Origin: Trichodelitschia bisporula
Lineage: Eukaryota
Reading direction: 5' to 3'
Assembly (NCBI GenBank): GCA_010356995.1
Contig: ML996689.1
Coordinates: forward strand, 1,320,691-1,384,690
DNA length: 64,000 nucleotides
Part shown: one piece after another, positions 35,149 through 46,338 of the stretch
How positions within the stretch are numbered: position 1 is the first letter of the stretch
Layout: every line of letters starts with the position of its first letter
Translations under genes and position numbers: made by a program
Notes under the pieces: model-generated
The model's input: the letters and a program-made list of their open reading frames with translations, nothing else
Databases searched by the model: none
What the model was told of the DNA's origin: nothing

Positions 35149-36799
35149 CTACTCCTCCCAAGGCCAATCCCCCTCCTCTACCCGCGTACACGTCAAATAC
35201 CCAAGCCCACCCCCCTGCTCCACCGCACCCCTAATCTCCAACTCCAGAAAGTTCCGCATAAGCGGCTGCACTGCATCCCGCGCCATATTCTTGATCTCCT
35301 CGAGCCGCCGCTCCGCCCGGCGCAGGTTATCGCGGCTATACGCTTCGGGCGTGAGCTTAAGGAAGCGTTTCACGGCGTCGTGGTTTAGGTATGCGGGTCC
35401 CCCCACACCGATTTTGCGGAATACGAGACCGGTGTTTAGCACGCCGGGGGCGGGAGCGCGGCCTGAGTTCGCGGGGACGAGTTCGTTGTTGGCCGTGGGG
35501 GCGCCGGCGCTGCGGCCGGAGCTGCCGGAGCGCGTGCGGCTGTGGGATGAATTACGGGAATTGACTCCGCCGGCGTTGGGTGACTTGAGGATGCCGACGG
35601 GCGGCGGGGTGGTATTCTCCGCAAACCACTGGCGCCACAGCGAGATCATGAGCCAGTCGAGCCAGGCGTTGGCGGGGGAGACGCGTTCGCCGCGGGAAGT
35701 AGTAAGCGTAATGCGCCAGAGCTTGGCCTCGACTCTGGCTTTCGTGTCATCCAATTCAAAGACTTTGTCTTCTATCAGGTCCAGCACTCTTTGCGGGACC
35801 TGGTTGCGCAGCTGCGGGAGCGCGGCGGGCCATTGCCCGACCACGTGGATCAGGGCTTCGGAGAAGATAGCCCGGCTGCGCGCCAGATAGGCGAGTTTGA
35901 GGTAGCTGGGCGGGTATTTGGCGATTTGCTTCCAGAGGCGGGATTGGAAGCGGAGGAGGTGGTGATCTACGCGGGGGCCGATGACGGAGAGCGCGTCGTA
36001 CATGTCTGCGGCGTGGAGGAGGGATTTGCATTCTACGTAGGCGTCGGCTATGTTGGCCGTGGAGAGGTTCGGGGGGTAGTTGTAGAAGACGCGGAAGAGG
36101 TTGTCGTAGGTGCGCAGCACGTCGTCGGCGGGGTCGTCTTGTTCTTCTGGTTCTCGGTTACCGAGGTTTAGAGAGGTGATGTTCGCCATGTTGCGGAAGA
36201 AGCCGCCGGAGGAGGAGGGTGGGGGGGGTTTTGGACGGAGGGGCGGTGGTCGGGTCGTGGGTTCTGCGGCGCCGAATATGGATGGTGATGGCTGGCAGGT
36301 TAGCCTTCCTCCCGTCGCAAAGTCTCCCAGACAAGCTCACCTTCTGCACCAACATAGGTACATCCTCATCCCCATTCCCCCAATCCAACTCATACCTCCA
36401 CCTCCTCGCCTCAGCCCCACTCCCACTCCCCCCCTCCCTAACCCGGGACCACTCCTCACTCATCCCTGCCTCAAAGAACCCCGAGCACTGCGCCAAAATC
36501 AACCGATGCAGCACATATCGCATCTCCTTCCTCCCACTGCTCACAACAACCTCGACATCGCCCGTGAGATGAAAACACGGGAACTCATTCGCCAACCGCG
36601 CCGTCGCCGTCGTCACCGCCGTGCTCGCCCCTCCTCCTCCTCCGCCCCCGCCCGAATGCGACCGGCCCGAAGCGTGGCGGTGGTGGTGTCGGCGCGCGCT
36701 GGTGGACACGCTGCTGGCGATGGAGCTCGGTGCGCGGACGGGGCGCAGGTTTAGGGCGCGGGGTGGGGGGTGGGAGGGGTCGTCGGGGTAGGAGACCAT
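35149..36799 (-). CDS. Fungal protein with an N-terminal BTB/POZ-like segment
   Basis: Intron 36292-36340 joins ORFs 36158..36799 and 35149..36189. GDVEVVV..YVLHRLILAQCSGFFEAGM resembles the start of a BTB fold; LLHAADMYDAL follows. Confidence 0.75.
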
Positions 36800-37709
36800 G
36801 GTGCGTGGAGGTGGGAGGTCGGCGGTGGGCGTAGAGGCGAGGTAGATGTCGTGGATGGGACACGCGAGGAGCCTTAGGCTAGACAGCGACGATTTCTAGA
36901 GGTCGCGCTGCGAGGAGCGGACGGGCGCATGGAGCGCGGTGGGTGGACGGGGTGGCCGACGGGGGGCGATGTGCGCGGGCCGGGAAGCGAGGGCCGTGAG
37001 ACGGGATGTGAGGGGAAGAAAAGTGAGCGCGATAATGGAGAAGATGATGAAAAAGAGAGAAGAAGAGTGTGAGGGAAGAGAGAGAGGAAGCGTTGAGTCG
37101 CGAGTCGTCTGCTTCTCCTCTGCCTGTTCAACCTGTCCAGTGTCCCGTCCAATCCAGTTCTAGTTGCAGTCGTCGAGTGATCCCAGTGGTCTCTCTCTGC
37201 AAGTCGTCGCCCTGTTCAATGTTCTCTCCAGCAGCTCGGAGCGCACCGCGGCCAGGGGTTGGGCCACACACACCACAAGAGCGAAAGAGTCGACAGCAGA
37301 TAGACGAACCTACAGGCCAGGAGATCTTGTTCCTTGTCCAATTCCAAGTCTTCCTTGCCACTTCTGAACTCCTCGCTTCGGGGTGGGAAAGTCTCGCTAG
37401 ACTTCGAGAGCACTTCGCTCTGCTCAACTCTGATGGACTCGGGGAGTGAGTCGATGGACCAAGCGAACCTCACGTCGAAACAACAGAAAAACACCAGAAA
37501 AACACCAGAAAGACAACAAGAACTCTCTCTCCCCAACATGCCACCATCACAACTGTACTGTCCGCATCCCATCGCCCCCAGCAACGCTGCAAACCTTCTC
37601 TCGCAGCATTCCACCCACCCCTCCTACTGACCACCCCCCGCCTCCCCAGTGGCAACAAAACACCCCACCGCCCAATCACCGCGCCCAACCCCGCCGCGCG
37701 CACGCTGCT

Positions 37710-37900
37710 GTGCATGTGCCGGACTGCAGCATCCTCCCACTAGCCCCGCCGCTTCTCGTGCAAAGAACCTGCTCTGCAGGCCACCCCGACCACATCCAAA
37801 GCCGTTACGTGCGACGCGTATGGGTGTCAAAGGGTGTCGCTACGCAGGTGGTTGGCGAAGAGGTGGGTCTGGACGGTGTGCAAGGGCCCGGTGCATGCAT
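37710..37900 (+). ncRNA. Candidate structured RNA of unknown family
   Basis: Five nested helices found by eye, about 48 bp with seven G.U pairs on the + strand. No family motif recognised and no expression evidence. Confidence 0.35.
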
Positions 37901-38210
37901 CGAACGTAAAGAGCCTGCCAAGTTTTGATATCGCCGGAATGGTAGTTAAGAGTCACGCATCTCTCCCGTCCCCTCTCGCTCTTTCGGCTCACGACACGAC
38001 CCAAAACGCGCTGGCCATGTTCCACGGCGCTATGTACAGCGCGCAAAGCTTCCCAGACGTCGCCTCGCCAACCTCCACCCGCCCCACCTCCCACCTCATA
38101 TGCCTATCCACGCTATGCAGTGGTCAGATCTATGCACCGAGAAAACTCAAAGCGAAAGCAACCTGTCGTACAACCCGCTACGTAAACGGAAACCACAAAG
38201 TCTGTAGGCC

Positions 38211-41200
38211 TTAGAAGCCGAATGCGTCCAGCAGACTGTTCGCATCGGGCTCGGCAAACTGCGTCGGCTGCTTCTTCTCCTTTTCCTTCTTCTTATCTTC
38301 CTTGATATCCTCATTTCCGTCCTTCATGCCGTTAAGACCATTCGTCTCTTCCTGCACGGTCTCCTCGTGAGCCGTACCATGCCGTCTAAAGTCCTGCGGC
38401 AAGTCCGCAATAACGAGCGAGCTGCGCCTCCTCAGTATCTTGCGCGGATCGATATCAAATCCACGCAATGCGTCGGGATTCTGCCCATGCGCGACAGGTG
38501 TCTCAAGCGCCTTCTTATTAAACGTAGTGCGGGTCGGTGAAGCGCGGGGGGCTTGTCGCGGCTCAGGCGGAGTCAGGAACTCCCATTTGTGGACTAGAAA
38601 GCCGTTAGACGTAACGTTATCCCCACGACCTAAGATCCCTTCGGCACTTACCGAGATCCAAAGCAAGCAGATCGCACCCCATCCGCACGTACAGCTCCGC
38701 CGTGTGCATCACAAACTCCCACTCGGCGCGTGGCGACACAGACAGCGCGCCACGGAGCGTTTGCAGCGAGACCTCGCGGAGCTGCTTGTAGATGACAACG
38801 AGAGCGGGGTCATCGGTCAGGAACAGCTTGGACTGCAGCGTTGGTGTTTCGGGTGGCGAGAGCACTGTCCTGAGCGGGAGCTGCTTGCGTTAGGTCACTT
38901 CGCTTCCATAACATATGAACTCACAATAAGCGCCCGCACAGCCTTATCCCGCTTTCCCAGCATCCAGAAGGCCCAGGTTGCGAGCCAACGACTGTTTTCG
39001 AGTGCGGCTTGCGGCAGTACCTTCTCTTGCAGGAACTCCTTGAGCACGGGTGAACCGTCACCCTCATAGACCCGTGCCACGGCGATGGCAAGCTGCAGGT
39101 CGCCGTGCTGGTTGGACAGGACACTAACCGCGTCCTTGAGGTTACCCGCGAGCAAAAAGAATGCTGCTGCATACTCTGTGCAATGTCAGACACTGCTTAT
39201 ATGGACCAAGAAAGAGCTTACCGAAGCGCCGCTTTCCCATCAGGGCATACGCGTTCTTTAGCGCTGCAGTCTTCCACCTCGGCTCTTGGAAGTTGTTGGA
39301 AAGGAACTTTTGCGTAGACGCCTGCTCTCGGTTCCAGGTGGCCATGCGCCAGAGGCCTATCAACACCGTCTTCTTCTTGAGGGCGAGATAGTACAGACTG
39401 CAATCCGCAGGATTCTTGTCTTCTGACTTGGAATACTCGTTTCGAGCGATAACTTCAAACTGTGCTCTCTGCTACAAGTCAGGACGATACAAAGACGGAG
39501 GAAGGACATACCAATGCGTTGATATCAGTCATCCACATGAACATTCCCGACTCTCGCGCTTGCGCCCAGTGCATCTTTCCATGATAGTGCCGGGAAACCA
39601 AGTCTGTGATAATGTCCTGACTTCCGCTATGAAATGCCCAGGTTATTTCTCGCCACGAAATGGGAGTTGACTCCAGACCCTGACTGAGACGAAGGACATG
39701 CTGGCGGAAGAAGAGAAGGAAGCGACTGGCGTTCTCATCAATGGCTCGACGGTGCTTCTCCACTGTGCCCACGCATTCTACCACATCGGCGAGATGAAAC
39801 TGCTCACGGCTGGAGAGCAATGGCACCTGACGCGATGCCAAAAGTTCGTTAAGCGATGCTGCAACTTCTTCGGTGACTGCCTCGGGCTCTTCCTCGGCGT
39901 AATCGGCGTAGGAAGAGCTGAGCTCCCGCTTGGTCGTGCTGAGAGAGGTCTGCCATGTCAGCCGATGTTGAGCAGGAAACACTTAAACATACATTCTCGT
40001 GGCTCCAAAACTCATCAATGTCCATGTCCATGAAGTTGTCAAAGGGATCACCGTCGGAATAAAACTTGAGTTTCTTCCACAACTTGAGCAAAATCTGCTG
40101 CACTAGGTGGAGTTTGCCGCTTAGAAGAGTCTGCATGAGAAACTGGGGGTGATACACTGGTAACGGTCCGTTGAGTCGACGGACAACCGAGAAAATATCA
40201 TGACTAGTCTTCTCCTTCGCAGAGAGTCGCATGTCGGGTAGCCGGTTATTCGAAGCGGGGAGGGACTTGTCCTGAACGACTAGCTGATTCCCCATACCAA
40301 TAACAAAGGCTCCTCCTCCTAGCCACACAGAGTCCCCAATGGGATGCGGTGAGAGCTCCCGGGTACTGATCTCGCGCATAACAGCCCACGAAGGCTTTGA
40401 ATCGAGGTAGTCATACCGAAGCTGGGTGTAGAGGATGATTCGATGCGGAAACCCAACAGCCAGAATAGACTGGTTGTCCGGCGTAGATGACCAATCCAGA
40501 TCCTGAATGCCTCCAGAGTTCTCAAAGCGCTCCTCGTGCTCCAGCTGCGCACTTCGCATGTTCCAAATGGTGAGCAACGTTCGGTCCGAATCCACCAAGG
40601 CGGCTTTCCGTATGGAAGTTCCACTTGCGAGCGAGGGATTATCTATGAAGGTCTCGACAGTGGAAGTAAGGAGCCAATCTAGCTTCCGTTGTTCCAAATC
40701 AGGGCGCGCTGTCCAGGACTTGATGACACCCGTTGATGAGTATGATATCGCAACATCCCGCGCGAACGTATCGAGAAACCCGGATATGACCGGAGATGTG
40801 CCGGCCGGGTCGACTGGCAAAACATACGCAAAGTCCTCTTTGGAACCCAGTTCAAACGTCGCGAAGTCTTCTAAAGAGATTACATTGCTGCCTGGCACAG
40901 GAAGACGAACTTCCCACGCTACCCCTTTCATGTCGGAGCTAATGGTGGCGAGATGCACCAATCCGCTGTGGTCATCGACTTCGGGAATGCACAGCAAGCA
41001 AAGCGGCTTTGTCTGCAGACTGAAAGGACGACGCACCACCTCCTTCGCTTTGCTCCCCCGAGCGTCCCAAAGGGAAACGCTGTCGTGATGTAAGAAGACG
41101 ATGAACTTGCCCTCCTGCAACAGCCATACGCGGTGAATGTGCTCAGAGGTGTTTAGCACGCTTTGGCGGGAGATTGTTATGTCCTTCCCTACGCTCTTCT

Positions 41201-42621
41201 GAGTCCACACGATGCTTTCGTTGTCCCCTGTGCGAGATATCAATGATCTGCCTGTTGCCGTCCGAACAACTTTTTTGATCGGGCCAGAGTGGCCTGTCCA
41301 CACAGCTCTCAGCTGTAGGCGCCGGGGCTGTGGAGTTGGGGCGAAGAGTGTGTCTAACCGTGCCTCATACCACTCAAGGCGGCCATCAAAATGATGTGCC
41401 AGTATGGACAGCGGACTTCTTGGTTCTCCTGCGCAGAAGCTGAGGAGCTGCACATTGTCCTCTAGCCCTGTCGCCGTGGAGTCGAACCGGATCTTGAGCC
41501 CTTCGACATGAGCAACGTTGAATATATCGCCTGGCTTCCTGTGCTTGCTCCCGACGCTTTCCAGACCCCATGCAGACATATTGCCACGATCGTCTAGGAC
41601 TATGCAAATATCTGGGCTCCGATTCGCAACTTCGACCAGATGCTCCAGGGCGTGCGTCTCGTCTTCGTTGGAGGGGGGGTTTTGCACAGCGTGCTCCGTA
41701 GCATGTCTGAATTCCCTGATATCAACGAAGAGGACATAGCGCTTAGAGGAGCGATCCTCGGGTGCGAGAGAGCGTGGTTGGATCGACTCGGCAAGATCAA
41801 TCTCCGCCCACAACTGCAGGATGTAGTGACTGTGGGACTCGCCTGGTGACCAGACCCGAAGCTTATTATCTGCACATATGGTATAGAGGACATTTTCGAA
41901 TGACTCTTCCCGATGAAACGGCCGACGCCAGTGCATGCCCGTCACAACCGCAGGGTGAGGGAGGTAAGAATATTCGAAACGTTGATCGGCAAGGGACAGT
42001 CGCCGCCAGACTTTGACGAGCTTATCAGCCATTCCACTAGATGCGATCAGGCTGGTATCGTAAGAGAAGAGCGCCAAGTGGGCTGGATTCGCAAGCGGTT
42101 TGGTCCACAGCCGCTCGACGGAATTATAGGTGGAGAAGAGCGTCAAAGAGGAACTCCCCACGAGGAGTTCTTGATCTAGTCCCCATGACAGCGTTTGAAT
42201 CGTGTCATCTCCCTCGACTGGTAAGTGGCATTGCAGTGACCACTGTCGCCCGTCAGCAAGCGCCAGACTACCCTTGAAGTCACCTACCTGCAGCGCGCCC
42301 TCATCGCGTCCGTACGGCTTGTATACGTGTACTGTAGATCCAGAAGCGGCAGCTATCTTCCCAGAGAGTTCGTCAAAAGCAATGGCAACGAACTGGTCCG
42401 AGACCTCCAGATAGGTTGTCTGGACGACATTATGTGGGCCGTCCAGGATGACGACGGCATTTCCGGATATGTAAGTCTGGGATCAGGCGGGTCAGTGGGT
42501 AAAAAACGATGCGCAAAGTTATGTGTAAAGGAGGAATTACTATGATTTGCTTCTCATCCCAGCACCCCGTCGCGACAGCTTGCAGCGCGGTCCGTGGTCT
42601 GCCTGGGAGAATGGCTCGCAT
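38211..42621 (-). CDS. RAV1: RAVE complex subunit Rav1 (WD40 repeats plus Rav1 C-terminal region), V-ATPase assembly regulator
   Basis: Seven GT-AG introns resolved by hand. Start MRAILPGRP; motifs LNGPLPVYHPQFL, ITWAFHS, WKTAALKNAYAL, RMGCDLLALDL; ends LLDAFGF. Confidence 0.92.
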
Positions 42622-43063
42622 CGGAGCGAAGTTGACAGAGCTGTTGCAAGCTCCTTGATCGCATAGCAGCGCTGCGGGGGAATAATGCTGGACGAGCTGC
42701 TGTTTACCTCGATTATTGTGGAGTTGGTAGGTGGTTCATGTGGTTGTGGGGTCTGGTGAGCTGAGTGATGTCGCAGATCCCTGAAGTTGAAGCTCCCTCC
42801 GCATGTGTTCCACCACACCCCCCCCCCCCCAGAACATGGGCCAGGGTCAAAACGTCACCATCCCTCCGCAAATGTCATGCAAAAAATGGCTCAAAGATAT
42901 GCCAGAAAAGCAATTACAAAGGCGAGGCTCACGGTTCACAGTTGGTATGTAGTCTAGTAATCTGCACTACCACGCCCCCCCCCCAACTTGCTCTTGCATA
43001 TGCGATCGTGCAGAATTGTGCTCCATGACGCTAATGCACTGCAGCTCCGCCAACAGAAGACGC

Positions 43064-44785
43064 CTATCGCAACAGCCAGATCTGGCTGTGGGGCCCGGAA
43101 GCATCTCCAGTACGCCAGCATATCTCAATGTCTAGCTCGCGAGGGTGCTCTTTGCCCTTACTGTACTGCACAGTGCCTTCGAGCTTCGTCCCTTTCGTAA
43201 CGGGGCTGCCGCGCCGCTTGCTCTGGTCCACTAGCATTATGCACGACCGCCAGTGAGTCTCCTTCCCAGCCGGTCCAGTGGTGAATGCAATCCCCCGGTC
43301 TTCCTCCTTCCACGTCTCCGCTCTAGAGGTTGCAGGAAGTTGAGCAGTGCGCGACCGCTGGAAGAAAGTGTCGAACCAGATAGCCCAGCCATCCAACGAG
43401 TCGATGTCCCGGGATGTCTCCACTGAGAACGGTTTCACGAAAGAAAGTTCGGCTGTAGTAATGGTATGGAGCGGTAAGTGGAGGAAGATGGTTGAGTCTG
43501 CTGCAAGGTTTTTGGACTCAGCTTGCCGCACGAGAACATCCTCGTAGATTTTCTCGGTCATGGCCTTCATGTCGAATCCGTACACATCGTACCAGAATTC
43601 GATGTTGTCCTGAATGTACTCTTCATCCGTCACAGGTGCAATGCGAAGAGTGCAGTCGGATGGTACCATCAACCCTTCCGGCGCAAGGTAGTGGTCTCTT
43701 GCCCAAATCACGGAGTCCAACATCGCCTCATACAGGAGACCGTAGCCCATCCATTCGGAAACAATGATGTCGACCTGCTTGACCGGGAGCGTGATTTCTT
43801 CGACCTTGCCGCGGATGCAGGTTATCGTGTCAGCCAGTCCATTGGCGACGACGTTGATGCGTGCTTTGCCTATAACGCCCGAGTTGTCAACTGCGAAGAC
43901 TTTCGCCGCTCCAGCCCGAGCGCAGAACATGGACAGAATCCCGGTGCCACAGCCAACATCAAGGACGGTCTTGCCCGCGAAAAGGTCCTTGTTGTCGTAG
44001 ATGAAATCCCGGTAGGCGTCGGTCCGGACCGTGTCTTTGAGCATGATCTCGTGTATTTCTTTCGAATTTAGTCGATGTCAGAGTATTGGAGGCAAACTTA
44101 CCATTGTAAGAATAGGAGTCGAAATAGCCTTGCTCGCGATCAGATTTCTCGGTTGACTTGTCTCCAGTCGCGGCATTTGAGTTCACTGACGCCCCGGCGT
44201 TTCCCTCGCGCTCACTCCACTGCTTCTCAAGGGTCTCTTCAACGCGTTGCCGATAACCGGAAAATTGCAGCTCTGAGGCTCGGAGCTTTTCTTCCAAGAT
44301 GGCGACTTTGGCTGCGAGATCCTGATCCTTGCCGGACGCCATCACGTTGGTGCTTCCAGATATTCCCTCCAAGAGGTCGTCCAGGGAAAACAACAGAGCA
44401 TCGTCCTCGAGCACGGGTTGCAGATACTTGTCGTCCTCGAAAAGAGACTTCGATGAGACGTCGGGGCTTTTGTTCCCACACTTGACTTCGGAACGTATGT
44501 AGTTGACAAGTTTGATGCCCGAATAGAAATCGAGGTATGAATTGGTTAGTGAGGTTTAAAGCAGAATGAAAGAGGCTAACCAAGTTGCTGTTTGAGAGCC
44601 CGAAAGTCGAAGTTGTACTTTTGTTTGCAGTAGTCAATCATCGCCTCAGCATCCGGAAAGGTAGCCTCGTCGAAGAGGCTGACGAAGCGAACATCCTCCC
44701 GATCAGACTCAACGTCTTGCCAGTCATGATCTTCAGTCAAATCCAGGCGCTCGCTCCCCGAGGAGCTGCTAGAATCGCTGCTCAT
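43064..44785 (-). CDS. RMT3: Type I protein arginine methyltransferase, PRMT3/Rmt3-like
   Basis: Motifs YFDSY, IHEIMLKDTVRT, VLDVGCGTGILS, VDIIVSEWMGY, THW. N-terminal LDFYSGIKLVNYIR and YLQPVLEDDALL blocks as in PRMT3. Intron 2 is 44059-44101; intron 1 has an abnormal acceptor (see findings). Confidence 0.9.
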
Positions 44786-46338
44786 CCTGATTTAGTGCGG
44801 GAATAAGCTTGGTGAAAAATTTTGTGCCTCGAAGCTGTATATATCGACCTGCAGATTCTGCGTTTGCATCTACAGTTTCTCTGAATGTGGCCCGCCTGTG
44901 GCACAGGGTGGGGCAAAGGTGTGGCTTGTCGGAAACACAAGGAGACGAGGCCTGATCCCCGCATTACAAGCGGGTGGGCCCATCGCGACCGATTTGAGTT
45001 CAAGGGTCAACTTTACTTGTACCCGGTTACGAGGAATTGGATTATTCGTGGATGGTGCTGATGATATCAACATCACTACCAGAGCTGACTTGCAGCTAGA
45101 GTAGTGTTTCCTGAGCTAACAGCAGGTTCCGCTTTCAAACTGACACCACGGTAAGGAAGAAAAGGGAGACCAATGGAGTCGATCTCGCGTTCGGCATGAA
45201 TGGTTCGCCACTCAACGGCTTCTTAGCCTCGCTACAGGGGGTTCATCGAATAGCCGACGTACGGACAGGGTAACATCGTCCAGGCTCCGGCCAGAGAAAG
45301 ACGATGGTTCACACCATTCTTTCAGACATTTGGACGTTGTGGGACGGAGGAATAAAGGCGATAGCATCGCGTCAAGTTGTTCATGCACGTCGAAACCCCC
45401 TGCAGCCCTGCCCATAACTGATTCGGTGAAGGCGTCGTCGAATTAAGCGCAGGCGTGATAGCTGCAGGCGCCCGCTGCGAGTACAGAAAACGAGTGTGTG
45501 CGAGCTCAAGGGGTGGCACTTGTCGCACTGCGCGAGCTGCGCGTTTCGACTGGAGGCATGTGGGAAGGCGGGGTTGGAGGAGGGGTTGTTTGGGTGGAGG
45601 GGAAGAGATCTTCTCTTTGTCTTTGTGAGGAACGCTTGCTGCCTTGGCCCAGTTATGAACTCGAGTTCGAGTAGCAAGCTTTGCCGAGGACATCGCGAAT
45701 TGAACAAAGTGATCGGTCCATCCATCCTCCATCCAATCCAGCCTCAATCCACTCTGGGGTTGGGTGGATTTTAAGAGCGGCAGGGCAATCAATTTGGGCT
45801 GGCTACCTGGCCAATAAATGGCGATCCAAGCCCAAAGCTCCCGCCACGCCCGCCTTTCCCATTTCTGCCAACCCCAGAGACGCGCCGCCTCTAAGATCGC
45901 CTACTGGTCCGCGCGGACAGAGCAACCCCCGCGTGCCCCCGGCCCATCAAGCCTCCTGAGTCTGAATCCCAGCTTGATAATAAATCTCCAGGAGCACATC
46001 CTGTGCAACACTCCAGAGAGGGCTGGGAGACTCGCGTCACTGTCAATCGTTTGAATTGCTCTTCCTTAAAGTCTTTCCTTACAACGTCGCACCCTGTGCA
46101 TAACGTCTTTGAGGCTGCTGCCTCTGACGTCCCATTAATCCACCTCCGACAGGCAACAACAACACCGAGGAAGTGTCGTCGACCGCACTCTCTTCCGCAT
46201 TCTTCACCTAATTGTCGGACGCTTAATAGGCAGCAGAACTTCAGCATCGACCAGCAACGGCGAATCTCGTATCCCGCATTCTTCGCATCCCTATTCATGA
46301 CCTCTTAGACCTTCGAACGACCTTCTCTTTGCCTCAAA

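Noticed and set aside
36436..36444. CCCTAACCC as a telomerase RNA template (also on - at 4777-4785)
   Set aside because: One lies antisense inside a coding exon and both sit in C/G-run-rich sequence where a 9-mer is expected by chance. No pseudoknot was identified.
39466..39474. NAGNAG acceptor in RAV1 (also at 28116-28124)
   Set aside because: In-frame one-codon alternatives are common and lie outside recognised motifs.
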